Shown piece by piece: positions 1-8,706 of a stretch of 64,000 bases of DNA. The translations under genes and the position numbers were made by a program. The notes under the pieces were generated by a model. It did not search any database and was not told where the DNA came from. It worked only from the letters and a program-made list of their open reading frames with translations. Every line of letters starts with the position of its first letter. Within the stretch, counting starts at the first letter, position 1. The DNA comes from a virus (taxonomy: Duplodnaviria; Caudoviricetes), in the IMG/VR virus record IMGVR_UViG_3300028591_000184, positions 1-64,000 of that record. One strand, written 5' to 3'.

Positions 1-2
1 GC

Positions 3-786
3 GGCAAGGACAGCGACGTCATCCTCGACCTCACGCGGCGCAGCGGCATCCGCTACCGCGCCATCTACCACTCGACCACCATCGACCCGCCAGGCACGGC
101 AGGCCATATCCGCCAGGTGGGGGGGGGTAGAAACGGTGCGCCCCGAAAAGTCGTTCTTCCAGCTGATAGCCGAGATGGGTATGCCCAACCGCTTCCAGCG
201 CCACTGCTGCCGCTATCTGAAGGAGCACAAGACCCTCGACAAGGCCGTGATGGGCATACGCAAGGCCGAATCGACCAAGCGCGACAAGCGTTACGACGAG
301 CCTACGGAGTGCCGCTACTACGGAGCCAAGACGGAGGAAAACCACGTGGAAGCCATCTACCCGATACTGACGTGGACCGACGAGGACGTGCTCAACTACA
401 TCGAGCGCCACTCACTGCAGGTGCATCCGCTCTACTACCGCCGCGACGGCAGTGTGGACGTGAAGCGGCGGCTCGGCTGCATGTGCTGTCCGCTGGCCTA
501 CTACAAGAAGCGCATCCGCCAGTTCGAGCAATACCCGAAGATGGTACGCGCCTACTGCCGTGCGGCACAGACCTTCCGCGAGACACACCCCGACGTGGAG
601 ACCGTCGGCAAGTACCGCGACGTATATCAGTGGTTCTTCCGCGAGGTGTTCTTTGAGCGGCAGAAGAAGTGGGAGCGCTGGCTCGCCAGCAACGACGCCG
701 ACCTCTTCGGCATCCGCGACTACCGCGAGTGGCTCCAGCAGCGCTTCAAGGTCAGCCTGCCCGACTTTTCAGGAAATGAAGAATGA
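3..786 (+). pseudogene. PAPS-reductase-family protein, 5' partial, frameshifted at a G9 tract (119-127)
   Basis: Frame 3 reads GKDSDVILDL...TTIDPPGT (tail of the SGGKDS PP-loop) up to the G run. Frame 1 continues GVETVRPEKSFFQ...HCCRYLKE...GIRKAES...RLGCMCCP to the stop at 786. Confidence 0.8.
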
Positions 787-911
787 GGACTCGCTTTAGC
801 GCTTTTACCGCTCGACCTCTGGTCGCTTGCTACCAACGGGACGCAAGAAAGCGTAGCGACTAAAAGAATTTTTATATAATTTTTGAACATAATTTTTGTA
901 TAATTTCTCGG

Positions 912-1322
912 CGCAAGCCGATACAATGCAAGTGCAAACTATGTCAGCAGCAGTGCCACACGCCATGCTTGGGCACTCCGCAGGACATCTTGAAACTGAT
1001 AAAAGCCGGATATTCCGACCGCCTTTCTTGGACTGATTTGGCAGCTGGCATCATTATGGGATGTACTGACCACGTAGTCGGGATGGTGCAAGCCACAGCC
1101 GAGGGCGATTGGTGTACGTTTTTCCATGACGGACTTTGCGAACTTCACAACAAAGGACTGAAACCGACAGAGGGAAGATTATCTCATCACTCCATGCGGC
1201 TCGATAATTGGACTCCAAAGAAGTCTATAAGTTGGAACGTGGCAAAGGAATGGGAGGACGAGGATAATGCACCCATACTTGAAGAAATTTTAGACGAACT
1301 TAAAAAGCAAAAGGAACTATGA
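912..1322 (+). CDS. Cys-rich hypothetical protein, N-terminus disrupted
   Basis: The frame of ORF 969..1322 extends upstream as RKPIQCKCKLCQQQCHTPCLGTP. The probable original start (ATG 776, MKNEDSL*) is separated from it by a stop and a structured, AT-rich insert. Confidence 0.55.
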   Translation, partial: RKPIQCKCKLCQQQCHTPCLGTPQDILKLIKAGYSDRLSWTDLAAGIIMGCTDHVVGMVQATAEGDWCTFFHDGLCELHNKGLKPTEGRLSHHSMRLDNWTPKKSISWNVAKEWEDEDNAPILEEILDELKKQKEL

Positions 1323-1933
1323 GCTTAGATTTATACATCAGAAGCCATCACCCTGTGAAGCATCGGGGCACTGGCGTATTCATCCGCGACAACGGACAGA
1401 CGAGAGAACTGAAGACCATCGAGGAGGTGAAAGCTCACTTCCCCGATGCCGACACAAGCGACATCTACATCCGCGAGTGGGAGGATGACGAACTCTTCCA
1501 ATGCAACATGACGCACAACCTCACGGAAATGGCAAGCCATGTGCCGATTGATGGGACGGACGGAGCCGTGACCCTGCCACGCGACTTTGAGCGCGACAAG
1601 CCCGACTTCAAGCCCGAACCGCTATCGGCATACAATCTGCTGTGGCATCCAGAAACGAACCCATTGCTAAAGCAGGTACACTTGAAAGGCAAGAACTCTG
1701 ACGGAGAGGACTACGAGGAAGACGTGACCGCCATCGACGCGGAACTGATTCGCCAAGCCTGTGCCGTTCACCTCTACATCAAGGCGCATCGTGAGGAATT
1801 GTCGAAATACAACCCGTCAAACGGATGGGGCAGTTATGACAATCTGCTGAAATGCAGCGGCGATTTCGTGAAGGTGTTGCTCGACATTCCAGCTGAGGAA
1901 TACGACAACTATTTCCTCTATTGTTGGACGTAG
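1319..1933 (+). CDS. hypothetical phage protein
   Basis: 204-aa ORF overlapping the previous stop (ATGA); C-terminal YNPSNGWGSYD motif. Confidence 0.75.
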   Translation: MSLDLYIRSHHPVKHRGTGVFIRDNGQTRELKTIEEVKAHFPDADTSDIYIREWEDDELFQCNMTHNLTEMASHVPIDGTDGAVTLPRDFERDKPDFKPEPLSAYNLLWHPETNPLLKQVHLKGKNSDGEDYEEDVTAIDAELIRQACAVHLYIKAHREELSKYNPSNGWGSYDNLLKCSGDFVKVLLDIPAEEYDNYFLYCWT

Positions 1934-1977
1934 GCTGTAGCAAATTTCATCACGAATTAAACGAATTTAACGAATTT

Positions 1978-2706
1978 ATGGAGATTAAAGGAAAGGTGCA
2001 TTGCTTCTTTGAGCAATCGGGCACGTTTAAGCGAGAGTTCATCAAATTGGGCATACCTGCCGAAGACTACGACATACAGAACAACTTCGGAGAGACCGAC
2101 CATGTGATAGACCTTTTTGCCGAGATAGAGAAAGGCTACGATGACAAGCCAAGCCTGTTGGACAATATCACGCAGGACGATTTAATCATGGCTTTCTTCC
2201 CGTGCATATTCTTCAGTCAGCAGAACACGACATTCTTCGATGCGACAAACATAAATTGGAAGAACGACACGACCAAGCAGAAAGCCGACAAGGTATTGGA
2301 GCGGAGCCGTGAGCGTCAGTTGTTCTACGAAATGGCTTTGAAGATGTTTACAACGGCAGACGTGCGAGGCTTACGGCTGATTGTTGAGAACCCGTGGCCA
2401 TCAGTCCACTATCTCCACAACAATTTCCCATACAAGCCCGACCTCATAGACAAGGATAGGCAAAGACGTGGCGACTACTTCCGCAAGCCTACGCAGTATT
2501 GGTTCATTAATTGCAAGCATACGGATGGGCGGTCGTACCAAAAGCCGACAATGACACGAACGGTCAACGGACTGTCAGGACATCAGGGCAGTCTATGCGA
2601 TGAAGACCGCTCGCTCATTTCGCCAGACTATGCCCGCAACTTCATCTGCGACTTCATCATCGGCAAAGAGCAAGAGCATACCGAACGGACATTGTTCGAC
2701 CTCTAA
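1978..2706 (+). CDS. C5 cytosine DNA methyltransferase-like protein
   Basis: Motif I-like HCFFEQSGTF, catalytic FPC, IVENP and RKPTQYWF; ATG at 1978 follows ACGAATT repeats. Confidence 0.7.
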   Translation: MEIKGKVHCFFEQSGTFKREFIKLGIPAEDYDIQNNFGETDHVIDLFAEIEKGYDDKPSLLDNITQDDLIMAFFPCIFFSQQNTTFFDATNINWKNDTTKQKADKVLERSRERQLFYEMALKMFTTADVRGLRLIVENPWPSVHYLHNNFPYKPDLIDKDRQRRGDYFRKPTQYWFINCKHTDGRSYQKPTMTRTVNGLSGHQGSLCDEDRSLISPDYARNFICDFIIGKEQEHTERTLFDL

Positions 2707-2730
2707 ACAAATAACGAATTTACACGAATT

Positions 2731-3324
2731 ATGGCAAAAGATTGGAAAGGCGGCAGCGCATCGACATTCAAGACCATCGGAGCGAGCAACCACACAGACC
2801 ACGAAAGAGGCGACGCCGACTACTACGCAACCGAACCAGCGGCAACGGACTGGCTCTGCAAGATTGAGCAGTTCAAAAGCCCGATATTGGAGCCGTCATG
2901 CGGTGAAGGGCATATCAGCCGACAACTGATTGCACACGGCTATGAGGTAGTCAGCCGTGACCTTGTGGATAGAGGCTACGGCGAAGTTGCCGACTTCCTG
3001 TTCTTCAACAACGAGCAATGGGAGGGCGACATCATCACCAACCCACCCTATGCAGCAGCGCAGGAGTTCGTGGAGCAAGCACTGAAGATGATACAGCCAG
3101 GGCGCAAGGTTGCCATGTTCCTGAAGCTGACCTTCCTTGAAGGCAAAGCACGACAGACGTTGTTCCGCGACAATCCCCCCATCCGCGTGTGGGTCAGTTG
3201 CTCACGTTTGAAGTGTGCCATGAACGGCGACTTCGACAAATACGAAAGCAGCGCAACGGCTTATGCGTGGTTCATCTGGGAGAAAGGCTTTCAAGGACAC
3301 CCCGAAATTCGGTGGTTCAATTAA
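2731..3324 (+). CDS. adenine-specific DNA methyltransferase
   Basis: DYYAT, ILEPSCGEG (motif I) and IITNPPY (motif IV). Confidence 0.85.
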   Translation: MAKDWKGGSASTFKTIGASNHTDHERGDADYYATEPAATDWLCKIEQFKSPILEPSCGEGHISRQLIAHGYEVVSRDLVDRGYGEVADFLFFNNEQWEGDIITNPPYAAAQEFVEQALKMIQPGRKVAMFLKLTFLEGKARQTLFRDNPPIRVWVSCSRLKCAMNGDFDKYESSATAYAWFIWEKGFQGHPEIRWFN

Positions 3325-3368
3325 GTAACAACGAACACGAATTTATCACGAATTAAATAAAAGGAACT

Positions 3369-3647
3369 ATGTTTTTAGACGACGAATTAGAGTCCATCTG
3401 TCAAGATGAGACCATCTGCAAAGAAAAATCATTTATGTTGTTTCAGGCATGTCTAAAGCGCATACCGAAACCCGAACAAGTTAGACCGCAAGACTTCATG
3501 AATGAGATTCGGAAGATTGAAGGTGGTTGGAAACTATTCTGCAAGCGACATCCTCAGTACAGACCAGAAGGTTTTCGTGACTTGATGATGAAGCAATGCG
3601 GCGACATTCTAAGCAAACCTGTACTCAAATACTTACATTGGGATTGA
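3369..3647 (+). CDS. hypothetical protein
   Basis: 92-aa ORF in an operon, A-rich leader. Confidence 0.65.
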   Translation: MFLDDELESICQDETICKEKSFMLFQACLKRIPKPEQVRPQDFMNEIRKIEGGWKLFCKRHPQYRPEGFRDLMMKQCGDILSKPVLKYLHWD

Positions 3648-3650
3648 CGT

Positions 3651-4202
3651 ATGAACAAAGACGAGAACAAAGTATTTGTCGTTACAAGCGGCGAATACTC
3701 AGACTACCGCATCGACCGCGTTTTCTCAACACGCAAAAAAGCGTTGGAATACCTCGACACGAAAGACGATAAATATACGCTGGAGGTGTTCGACCTCGAC
3801 GAGCCTATTGAACGCAAGACGCAGATATACGAAATCAGCTTTGAACTCGACAAGAAGAAGGTGTTGAACGTCAGAACGACGTGGGACGTCCGCTATAAGG
3901 ACACGATACACATCTGCGGTAGCTACTTCAACAACTGCAAGACGCTCGACATCTATGTGGAGAGCGACAGCCGCAAACGTGCGCTGAAGATAGCATCGGA
4001 ACGCTACGGAGCCGTCATCGCAGGAGAGAAGACTATGTACCCATATCTGCGTGTTGGAGTGCTCAGACATTACTACAGCATGTGTCAAGCCTTTTTTGAC
4101 TTCAAGACGGGCGAAATGGTGCTGTTCGACAGCGAGGAGTTGGCCGTTGAACTACCTACCTTCATCAAGGTAAGGAGAGCCGAACCGTTAAAGAAGCGGT
4201 AG
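3651..4202 (+). CDS. hypothetical phage protein
   Basis: 183 aa; N-terminal VFVVTSGEYSDYRIDRVFST motif common in small phage proteins. Confidence 0.75.
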   Translation: MNKDENKVFVVTSGEYSDYRIDRVFSTRKKALEYLDTKDDKYTLEVFDLDEPIERKTQIYEISFELDKKKVLNVRTTWDVRYKDTIHICGSYFNNCKTLDIYVESDSRKRALKIASERYGAVIAGEKTMYPYLRVGVLRHYYSMCQAFFDFKTGEMVLFDSEELAVELPTFIKVRRAEPLKKR

Positions 4203-4297
4203 CCAATTCCTCCATCTTCTTGAACACGAATAAGGAATTGAATGAATTTTCGCGGGTATCTTCCCGCATAGTATTAACAAATAAAATTAAAGGAACT

Positions 4298-4594
4298 ATG
4301 ATTAAAATTTTGTTCGAGGTCAGCGAAGACTTCATCAGAGAGAGTGCATCACCCGAGACTGCTACTGCTAAGATAGATGCAGGAGACGGCAAACATGCAA
4401 TGAAAGCCTTATTCGACATGTTAGGCTTCAAACAGCTTGAAAATCAGATTGACGAGGGTAAGACCGAGTTCGTTGTAACACCCGACAAGTTGGATGACAA
4501 GTCGAAAGAGTTGTATAACAACGAAATCGGGGAAATCTGCCTACTTGCTGTCTTCTCGGAAATTGACAAGAAGAAGGAAAAATCTGAGGGCTAA
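4298..4594 (+). CDS. hypothetical protein
   Basis: ATG at 4298 after an A-rich leader, within ORF 4220..4594. Confidence 0.65.
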   Translation: MIKILFEVSEDFIRESASPETATAKIDAGDGKHAMKALFDMLGFKQLENQIDEGKTEFVVTPDKLDDKSKELYNNEIGEICLLAVFSEIDKKKEKSEG

Positions 4595-4652
4595 CCGCCA
4601 ATCGCTACCGCTGCATCAATCGTGTGGCGGTAGCAAATTATTCATTAGAGTT

Positions 4653-4805
4653 ATGATAGAACTATCAAAAGACAAGAAATCAGAAACGTATATCATTACG
4701 CGGACAGATAACGAAGGCTTCCATCGTCAGTTGAATATAACGCAAGGTGAGATGGAAGAACTAAGAGATTTAATAACCTTGGTTCAAGAAGCCGAAAGAG
4801 CATAA
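4653..4805 (+). CDS. small hypothetical protein
   Basis: MIELSKDKK..., fills the gap in the operon. Confidence 0.5.
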   Translation: MIELSKDKKSETYIITRTDNEGFHRQLNITQGEMEELRDLITLVQEAERA

Positions 4806-4809
4806 AACT

Positions 4810-5391
4810 ATGAAGTTAGGTAGTCATAATTCTTGGTCATTTGCACCAAAAGAAAAATGGTGGTTTCCTGCGTTCACCGCACGTTGCCAAAGTAAGAACA
4901 TTCAACAGCAATACGAAGCAGGAGTAAGGCTCTTTGACCTACGACTGCAACTCAACCGAGCGGTATGGTATGCAGCTCACGGATATTGTCTGTTCTCTGT
5001 GAACTGGCTGAATGACATCCTGTGGCTCTCACACAGGGAAGATAAAGTCTACGTCCGTGTTTTCCTTGAATACAACAGAAAACCGCAAGGCGAAGAAGTC
5101 ATCATCAATGAGTTCAGCGATATGTGTATGTATCTTGAACACAGGTTTGAGAATATAAGGTTCTTTGGCGGCATACTGAAGTACAACGGCAGGCACGTCC
5201 ATAACTTCAAGAACACCGACGTTCCTCAGATAGAGAGCCGTTTCAGCTCCACGACAACGTGGTTCAAGTCCGGCAACAGATTTCTCGCCATCTTAGATGA
5301 CTGGTGGCCGTGGCTATACGCACGTTTCCATAACAAGGAAGCATACGCAAGCCACGACCATAATAAATACCTATTCTTGGATTTCATATAA
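4810..5391 (+). CDS. PI-PLC X-domain-like phosphodiesterase
   Basis: GSHNS, CQ...I.QQY.AGVRLFDLR, AAHG motifs of PLC-like TIM-barrel phosphodiesterases. Confidence 0.75.
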   Translation: MKLGSHNSWSFAPKEKWWFPAFTARCQSKNIQQQYEAGVRLFDLRLQLNRAVWYAAHGYCLFSVNWLNDILWLSHREDKVYVRVFLEYNRKPQGEEVIINEFSDMCMYLEHRFENIRFFGGILKYNGRHVHNFKNTDVPQIESRFSSTTTWFKSGNRFLAILDDWWPWLYARFHNKEAYASHDHNKYLFLDFI

Positions 5392-5401
5392 AAAAACAAC
5401 T

Positions 5402-5587
5402 ATGGAAAAGAAAAATATCAAAGACCTCGGCTTCGCGAACGGGTGGTCCGAGGACTCAGTAGAGCGAAAGCTTGTAGAAAAGGCAAAGAATGCCGGCTAT
5501 CGCTTCAAAGAAACATTCATCCCACCGCATACGTTCGAGTACGTTTGCGAAGAAGCAGGACTAAAGTATCGCACGAATTGTTCATGA
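5402..5587 (+). CDS. small hypothetical protein
   Basis: ATG at 5402 after an A-rich leader; KDLGFANGW. Confidence 0.55.
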   Translation: MEKKNIKDLGFANGWSEDSVERKLVEKAKNAGYRFKETFIPPHTFEYVCEEAGLKYRTNCS

Positions 5588-5597
5588 CTATCTTATT

Positions 5598-6407
5598 ATG
5601 TGTAATGGATTTATACAAATACCAAGTGACTTTTTTGAGAGCGACTATTGGTGTTGCTCTCGCACATATAGCGAAGTTGAAGCTATCCTCGACATCATAA
5701 CTCAAATCAGAACTGAAGTGGATGGCAAAACCACCACTATCGGAGGGCGTGAAGTTACATGGGGACAGAATGAGTGGCCTGTATCGGTTAGAACCCTTGC
5801 CGAAAGGTGGAAATGGACAGAGCGTAGAACGAGAACTTTCCTCTCATCGCTCAAAAATAATGGAATTATAGATGTTGACAATTCGCAAGGTGTTTCCGTT
5901 ATTCGCCTAATTAAATACATATCAGGTGACACAACAAATGACACAGCAAATGACACAAATAACGGTCTGAATATCAATGAGTTAGTCGAACTTGTGACAC
6001 AACGAGTGACACAACGACTGACACAACAGGGGAATATAATTATTCAAGAGCAACAAAGCAGAGAAGAAACTGAATTATCATTGTTCGATGACGAAGTTAT
6101 GTGTGACGAATTTACATTTGAAAAATTTTGGGAACTATACGACAAAAAGGTTGGTAAAGATGAAGCGGAAAAACTATATTCAAAGATGTCAAGAAAGGAC
6201 CGCAAGGCAATATTTGAATATGTGCCACGCTACAAAAATGCACAGCCTGACAAGAGTAAACGTGTTAACCCAGCCAGATTTTTACGCAGAAGGGTATGGG
6301 AAGATGAGATTATCGACTACCACCAAGCCCGACGAAACCCTATTGGTTTTGACCTTACTGATAACACTAACAAGGATAAATATAAAAATGATATAGACAC
6401 ATGGTAG
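5598..6407 (+). CDS. replication initiator (lambda O/replisome-organizer-like)
   Basis: N-terminal winged-helix-like region (SVRTLAERWKWTERRTRTFL), central iteron-encoded linker, C-terminal FEKFWELYDKK...FL domain; directly upstream of a DnaC-like ATPase. Confidence 0.8.
   Translation: MCNGFIQIPSDFFESDYWCCSRTYSEVEAILDIITQIRTEVDGKTTTIGGREVTWGQNEWPVSVRTLAERWKWTERRTRTFLSSLKNNGIIDVDNSQGVSVIRLIKYISGDTTNDTANDTNNGLNINELVELVTQRVTQRLTQQGNIIIQEQQSREETELSLFDDEVMCDEFTFEKFWELYDKKVGKDEAEKLYSKMSRKDRKAIFEYVPRYKNAQPDKSKRVNPARFLRRRVWEDEIIDYHQARRNPIGFDLTDNTNKDKYKNDIDTW
5927..6025 (+). repeat. iteron array inside the initiator gene (putative origin)
   Basis: TGACACA at 5927, 5939, 5951 and 5995, 6007, 6019 (12-bp period), with an IHF-consensus TATCAATGAGTTA at 5972-5984 between the two triplets. 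Confidence 0.75.
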
Positions 6408-6979
6408 AAATAGGAGAAGTAATAAAACAATATCGCGATAGCGGCTTCAAACCTAATGACAATCGCATCTATATTAATATACCTGATGCGAGAACTGCTC
6501 TGATGAAAGGGTTAGTGCGCTTTTGCGGGGAGCATACACAATGGCTTCCTGAATATGAAAAAGTTGCAGAATGGCTCGGCGATAATAAAGGACGTGGGCT
6601 TCTTTGCTTTGGCAACTGCGGACGTGGAAAAACACTGATAACACAAAGAATAATTCCTGTCTTGATAAACTTCTATCACGGAAAGGTACTAAACACGATA
6701 ACCGCCGCCGACATCGGACGGAAATATGACGAAATCAGCGAGTATAAACTTATTTCAATAGATGACGTTGGTGTCGAGGACGTGTCGAATTTATATGGAG
6801 AAAAACACGACTACTTCCGAGAACTCGTTGATATGGCCGAACGTAAGCAGAAACTTCTTGTCATATCAACAAACCTTACGCTGAAAGAAATCGCGGAACG
6901 ATACGGCGACCGTACCATCGACAGACTGCGGGCCATCACAACGACGGTCTTGTTTGAGGGGGCTTCACTGAGAAGATAA
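6401..6979 (+). CDS. DnaC/IstB-like helicase loader ATPase
   Basis: Walker A GNCGRGKT, Walker B ISIDDVG, STNL...RYGDRTIDRL. Confidence 0.85.
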   Translation: MVEIGEVIKQYRDSGFKPNDNRIYINIPDARTALMKGLVRFCGEHTQWLPEYEKVAEWLGDNKGRGLLCFGNCGRGKTLITQRIIPVLINFYHGKVLNTITAADIGRKYDEISEYKLISIDDVGVEDVSNLYGEKHDYFRELVDMAERKQKLLVISTNLTLKEIAERYGDRTIDRLRAITTTVLFEGASLRR

Positions 6980-7039
6980 AAGGAAGGGTGGTCGTAAAAC
7001 CTTACCCCTCCTCGGAACCAACACGGCTAATGGTGGTTT

Positions 7040-7312
7040 TTATTTCCTGAATATGCGAGAAGCAAGCCATATCAGGCCATCTGTAGTGAAGTTCGCCAGT
7101 ATGTCGCTCCCAAAATCCAACGCGAAACTCTGCTTCTCAACCTTATTGGCAACACGACTGATTAATTCTTGTTGTCGCCGCAAAGCTTCCATCGTCTCGA
7201 TGTGATTTCTGTTAATCATAGAGAGCTGTGCAAACAGAAGCCTGTCCTCGTCAGACATCTTTTCATATATCTGACGAAGCATCTGTCTGCGTATCAGCTC
7301 ACCGTATTCCAT
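7040..7312 (-). CDS. hypothetical protein (operon gene 8)
   Basis: 90 aa, coupled to the upstream gene; C-terminal FALDFGSDILANFTTDGLIWL. Confidence 0.7.
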   Translation of the reverse strand: MEYGELIRRQMLRQIYEKMSDEDRLLFAQLSMINRNHIETMEALRRQQELISRVANKVEKQSFALDFGSDILANFTTDGLIWLASRIFRK

Positions 7313-7812
7313 TACACATTGAAGTACGAACGGATATTATAGATGCCGTCCTTGTCTTTGAGTGTTTTCAGTGCCATCTTGTAGCAGGCGGTGATAATGT
7401 CGCTGTCAGACGGAGAAAGTGGCTTCCCAATCAATTCGGCGATGGTATCTCCGAAGTCGGAATACATCTTGTTCATCTCTACCCACAGGGAGCAAGAGTT
7501 GAAGCAAGGAACTTGCTCTGTCTCAAGACCAAATTGCGACATGGCAGCCTTCCACTGCTCCTTCGGCCAAGGTGCTTTCGGTTCCATGCCGGCGATAATC
7601 TTCTCGGCTTCCTTGGAAGTGAGATAGTTCCTCCATTTGATAGACTCCAGTTTGTCAAGCCATTCTTGGGCGACTTCAGGCTTGTTGGTGATAAACCAGT
7701 CCATCATCTCCTTGTGGACGTTACCGAAAACGTGCATGAAAGCAACGTTCTCCGATGTTGCCATGAGTTGATACAACTCACGGAACTCTTTTTTCATTTC
7801 TTCTTGTGTCAT
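7312..7812 (-). CDS. hypothetical protein (operon gene 7)
   Basis: 166-aa helical protein ending LKDKDG...IRSYF. Confidence 0.75.
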   Translation of the reverse strand: MTQEEMKKEFRELYQLMATSENVAFMHVFGNVHKEMMDWFITNKPEVAQEWLDKLESIKWRNYLTSKEAEKIIAGMEPKAPWPKEQWKAAMSQFGLETEQVPCFNSCSLWVEMNKMYSDFGDTIAELIGKPLSPSDSDIITACYKMALKTLKDKDGIYNIRSYFNV

Positions 7813-7864
7813 AATACTATAGATTTAACTCTTTTTCTTTCCTGTTCTCGTAGTCTTTCTGCAG

Positions 7865-8215
7865 TTAGGGCAGGGTGCTTGCGGAATAATCCTCGTCGGG
7901 GTCTGAGGCAAGCGCGTTGTCTTGGGTTCTGAAAATCTTGTCATACATCTTCAGGTATAATGTGTCGATATATCCTTCAATAAGTTCAAGCCATAAGGCG
8001 CAATAACTTGAAAGGAAAGATATTGCAAGCACGAATGGTAGGTCGGAAAAACCGACAGACCATAATCCGTAGGCAAGGACAGACCACATGGTGACGCACT
8101 TCGGGCAGTTGATGACAGGAAATCTACCGACCAAATCTTCTACCGCTTTGATTAGGCCAAGGTGGTTCATCGTAACACAGACGAAAATGATGCTCGCAAT
8201 ATCAATCCAATTCAT
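7865..8215 (-). CDS. membrane protein with CxxC (operon gene 6)
   Basis: Hydrophobic segments around CPKC. Confidence 0.7.
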   Translation of the reverse strand: MNWIDIASIIFVCVTMNHLGLIKAVEDLVGRFPVINCPKCVTMWSVLAYGLWSVGFSDLPFVLAISFLSSYCALWLELIEGYIDTLYLKMYDKIFRTQDNALASDPDEDYSASTLP

Positions 8216-8676
8216 TACGCTGTTGTCACATTTAGGGTTGTGGTGATAGCAACACAGTTAGTAACATTGTCGCAAGGCTGAACATTTGTTGGAGCCGCAG
8301 CTGACGTTCCTACAGTCAGCGTCGGGCTTGTGGCTGCGGAACAAGGTACGCAGATGGTGCAATAGATGTTGTCCGTAACTGGGCATACTCCGCACTGGCA
8401 CTGATACCCGCACCGATATGGCATGTAGGTACATGTGCCACTGATAAGCACTTCCTGACAATACTGTGTAGTACCGTTGACAGGCAAGGCAACGGGTGCC
8501 CCGATGGGTGTCGCTTTCAGGTCTGCTGTTACAGGAAACGTCTCTTGGGTGCACAGTTTACGATTACCACATGTGTAGTGGTCGAGCTGCAGCAGATAGT
8601 TGGCATTTGCCGCAGTGCCTCCTGGTATCGTAGTGAGCGATACCACAAAGGTCTTTCCATTGTTGTTGCAATTCAT
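8215..8676 (-). CDS. Cys/Thr-rich beta-type hypothetical protein (operon gene 5)
   Basis: 153 aa with many Cys (RCGYQCQCGVCP, CTICVPC). Confidence 0.75.
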   Translation of the reverse strand: MNCNNNGKTFVVSLTTIPGGTAANANYLLQLDHYTCGNRKLCTQETFPVTADLKATPIGAPVALPVNGTTQYCQEVLISGTCTYMPYRCGYQCQCGVCPVTDNIYCTICVPCSAATSPTLTVGTSAAAPTNVQPCDNVTNCVAITTTLNVTTA

Positions 8677-8706
8677 AATACTTTTGTTTTATTTGTTTGG
8701 GGGCAT

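Noticed and set aside
117-656. 179-aa ORF in frame 3 after the G run
   Set aside because: It is the out-of-frame continuation of the frameshifted PAPS-reductase-like gene and has no protein-like motifs.
776-1322. TAG-to-Gln recoding as in Lak or some crAss-like phages (suggested by MKNEDSL*R)
   Set aside because: Long genes (TMP, tail hub, terL) are uninterrupted under code 11, TAG ends many genes exactly at junction motifs, and reading through this TAG does not restore the frame.
7228-7932. 234-aa + strand ORF, and similar long shadow ORFs (11433..12263, 14500..15348, 14502..15317, 18254..19021, 27495..28088)
   Set aside because: Antisense or alternate-frame shadows of well-supported genes in GC-rich sequence, with no start context.
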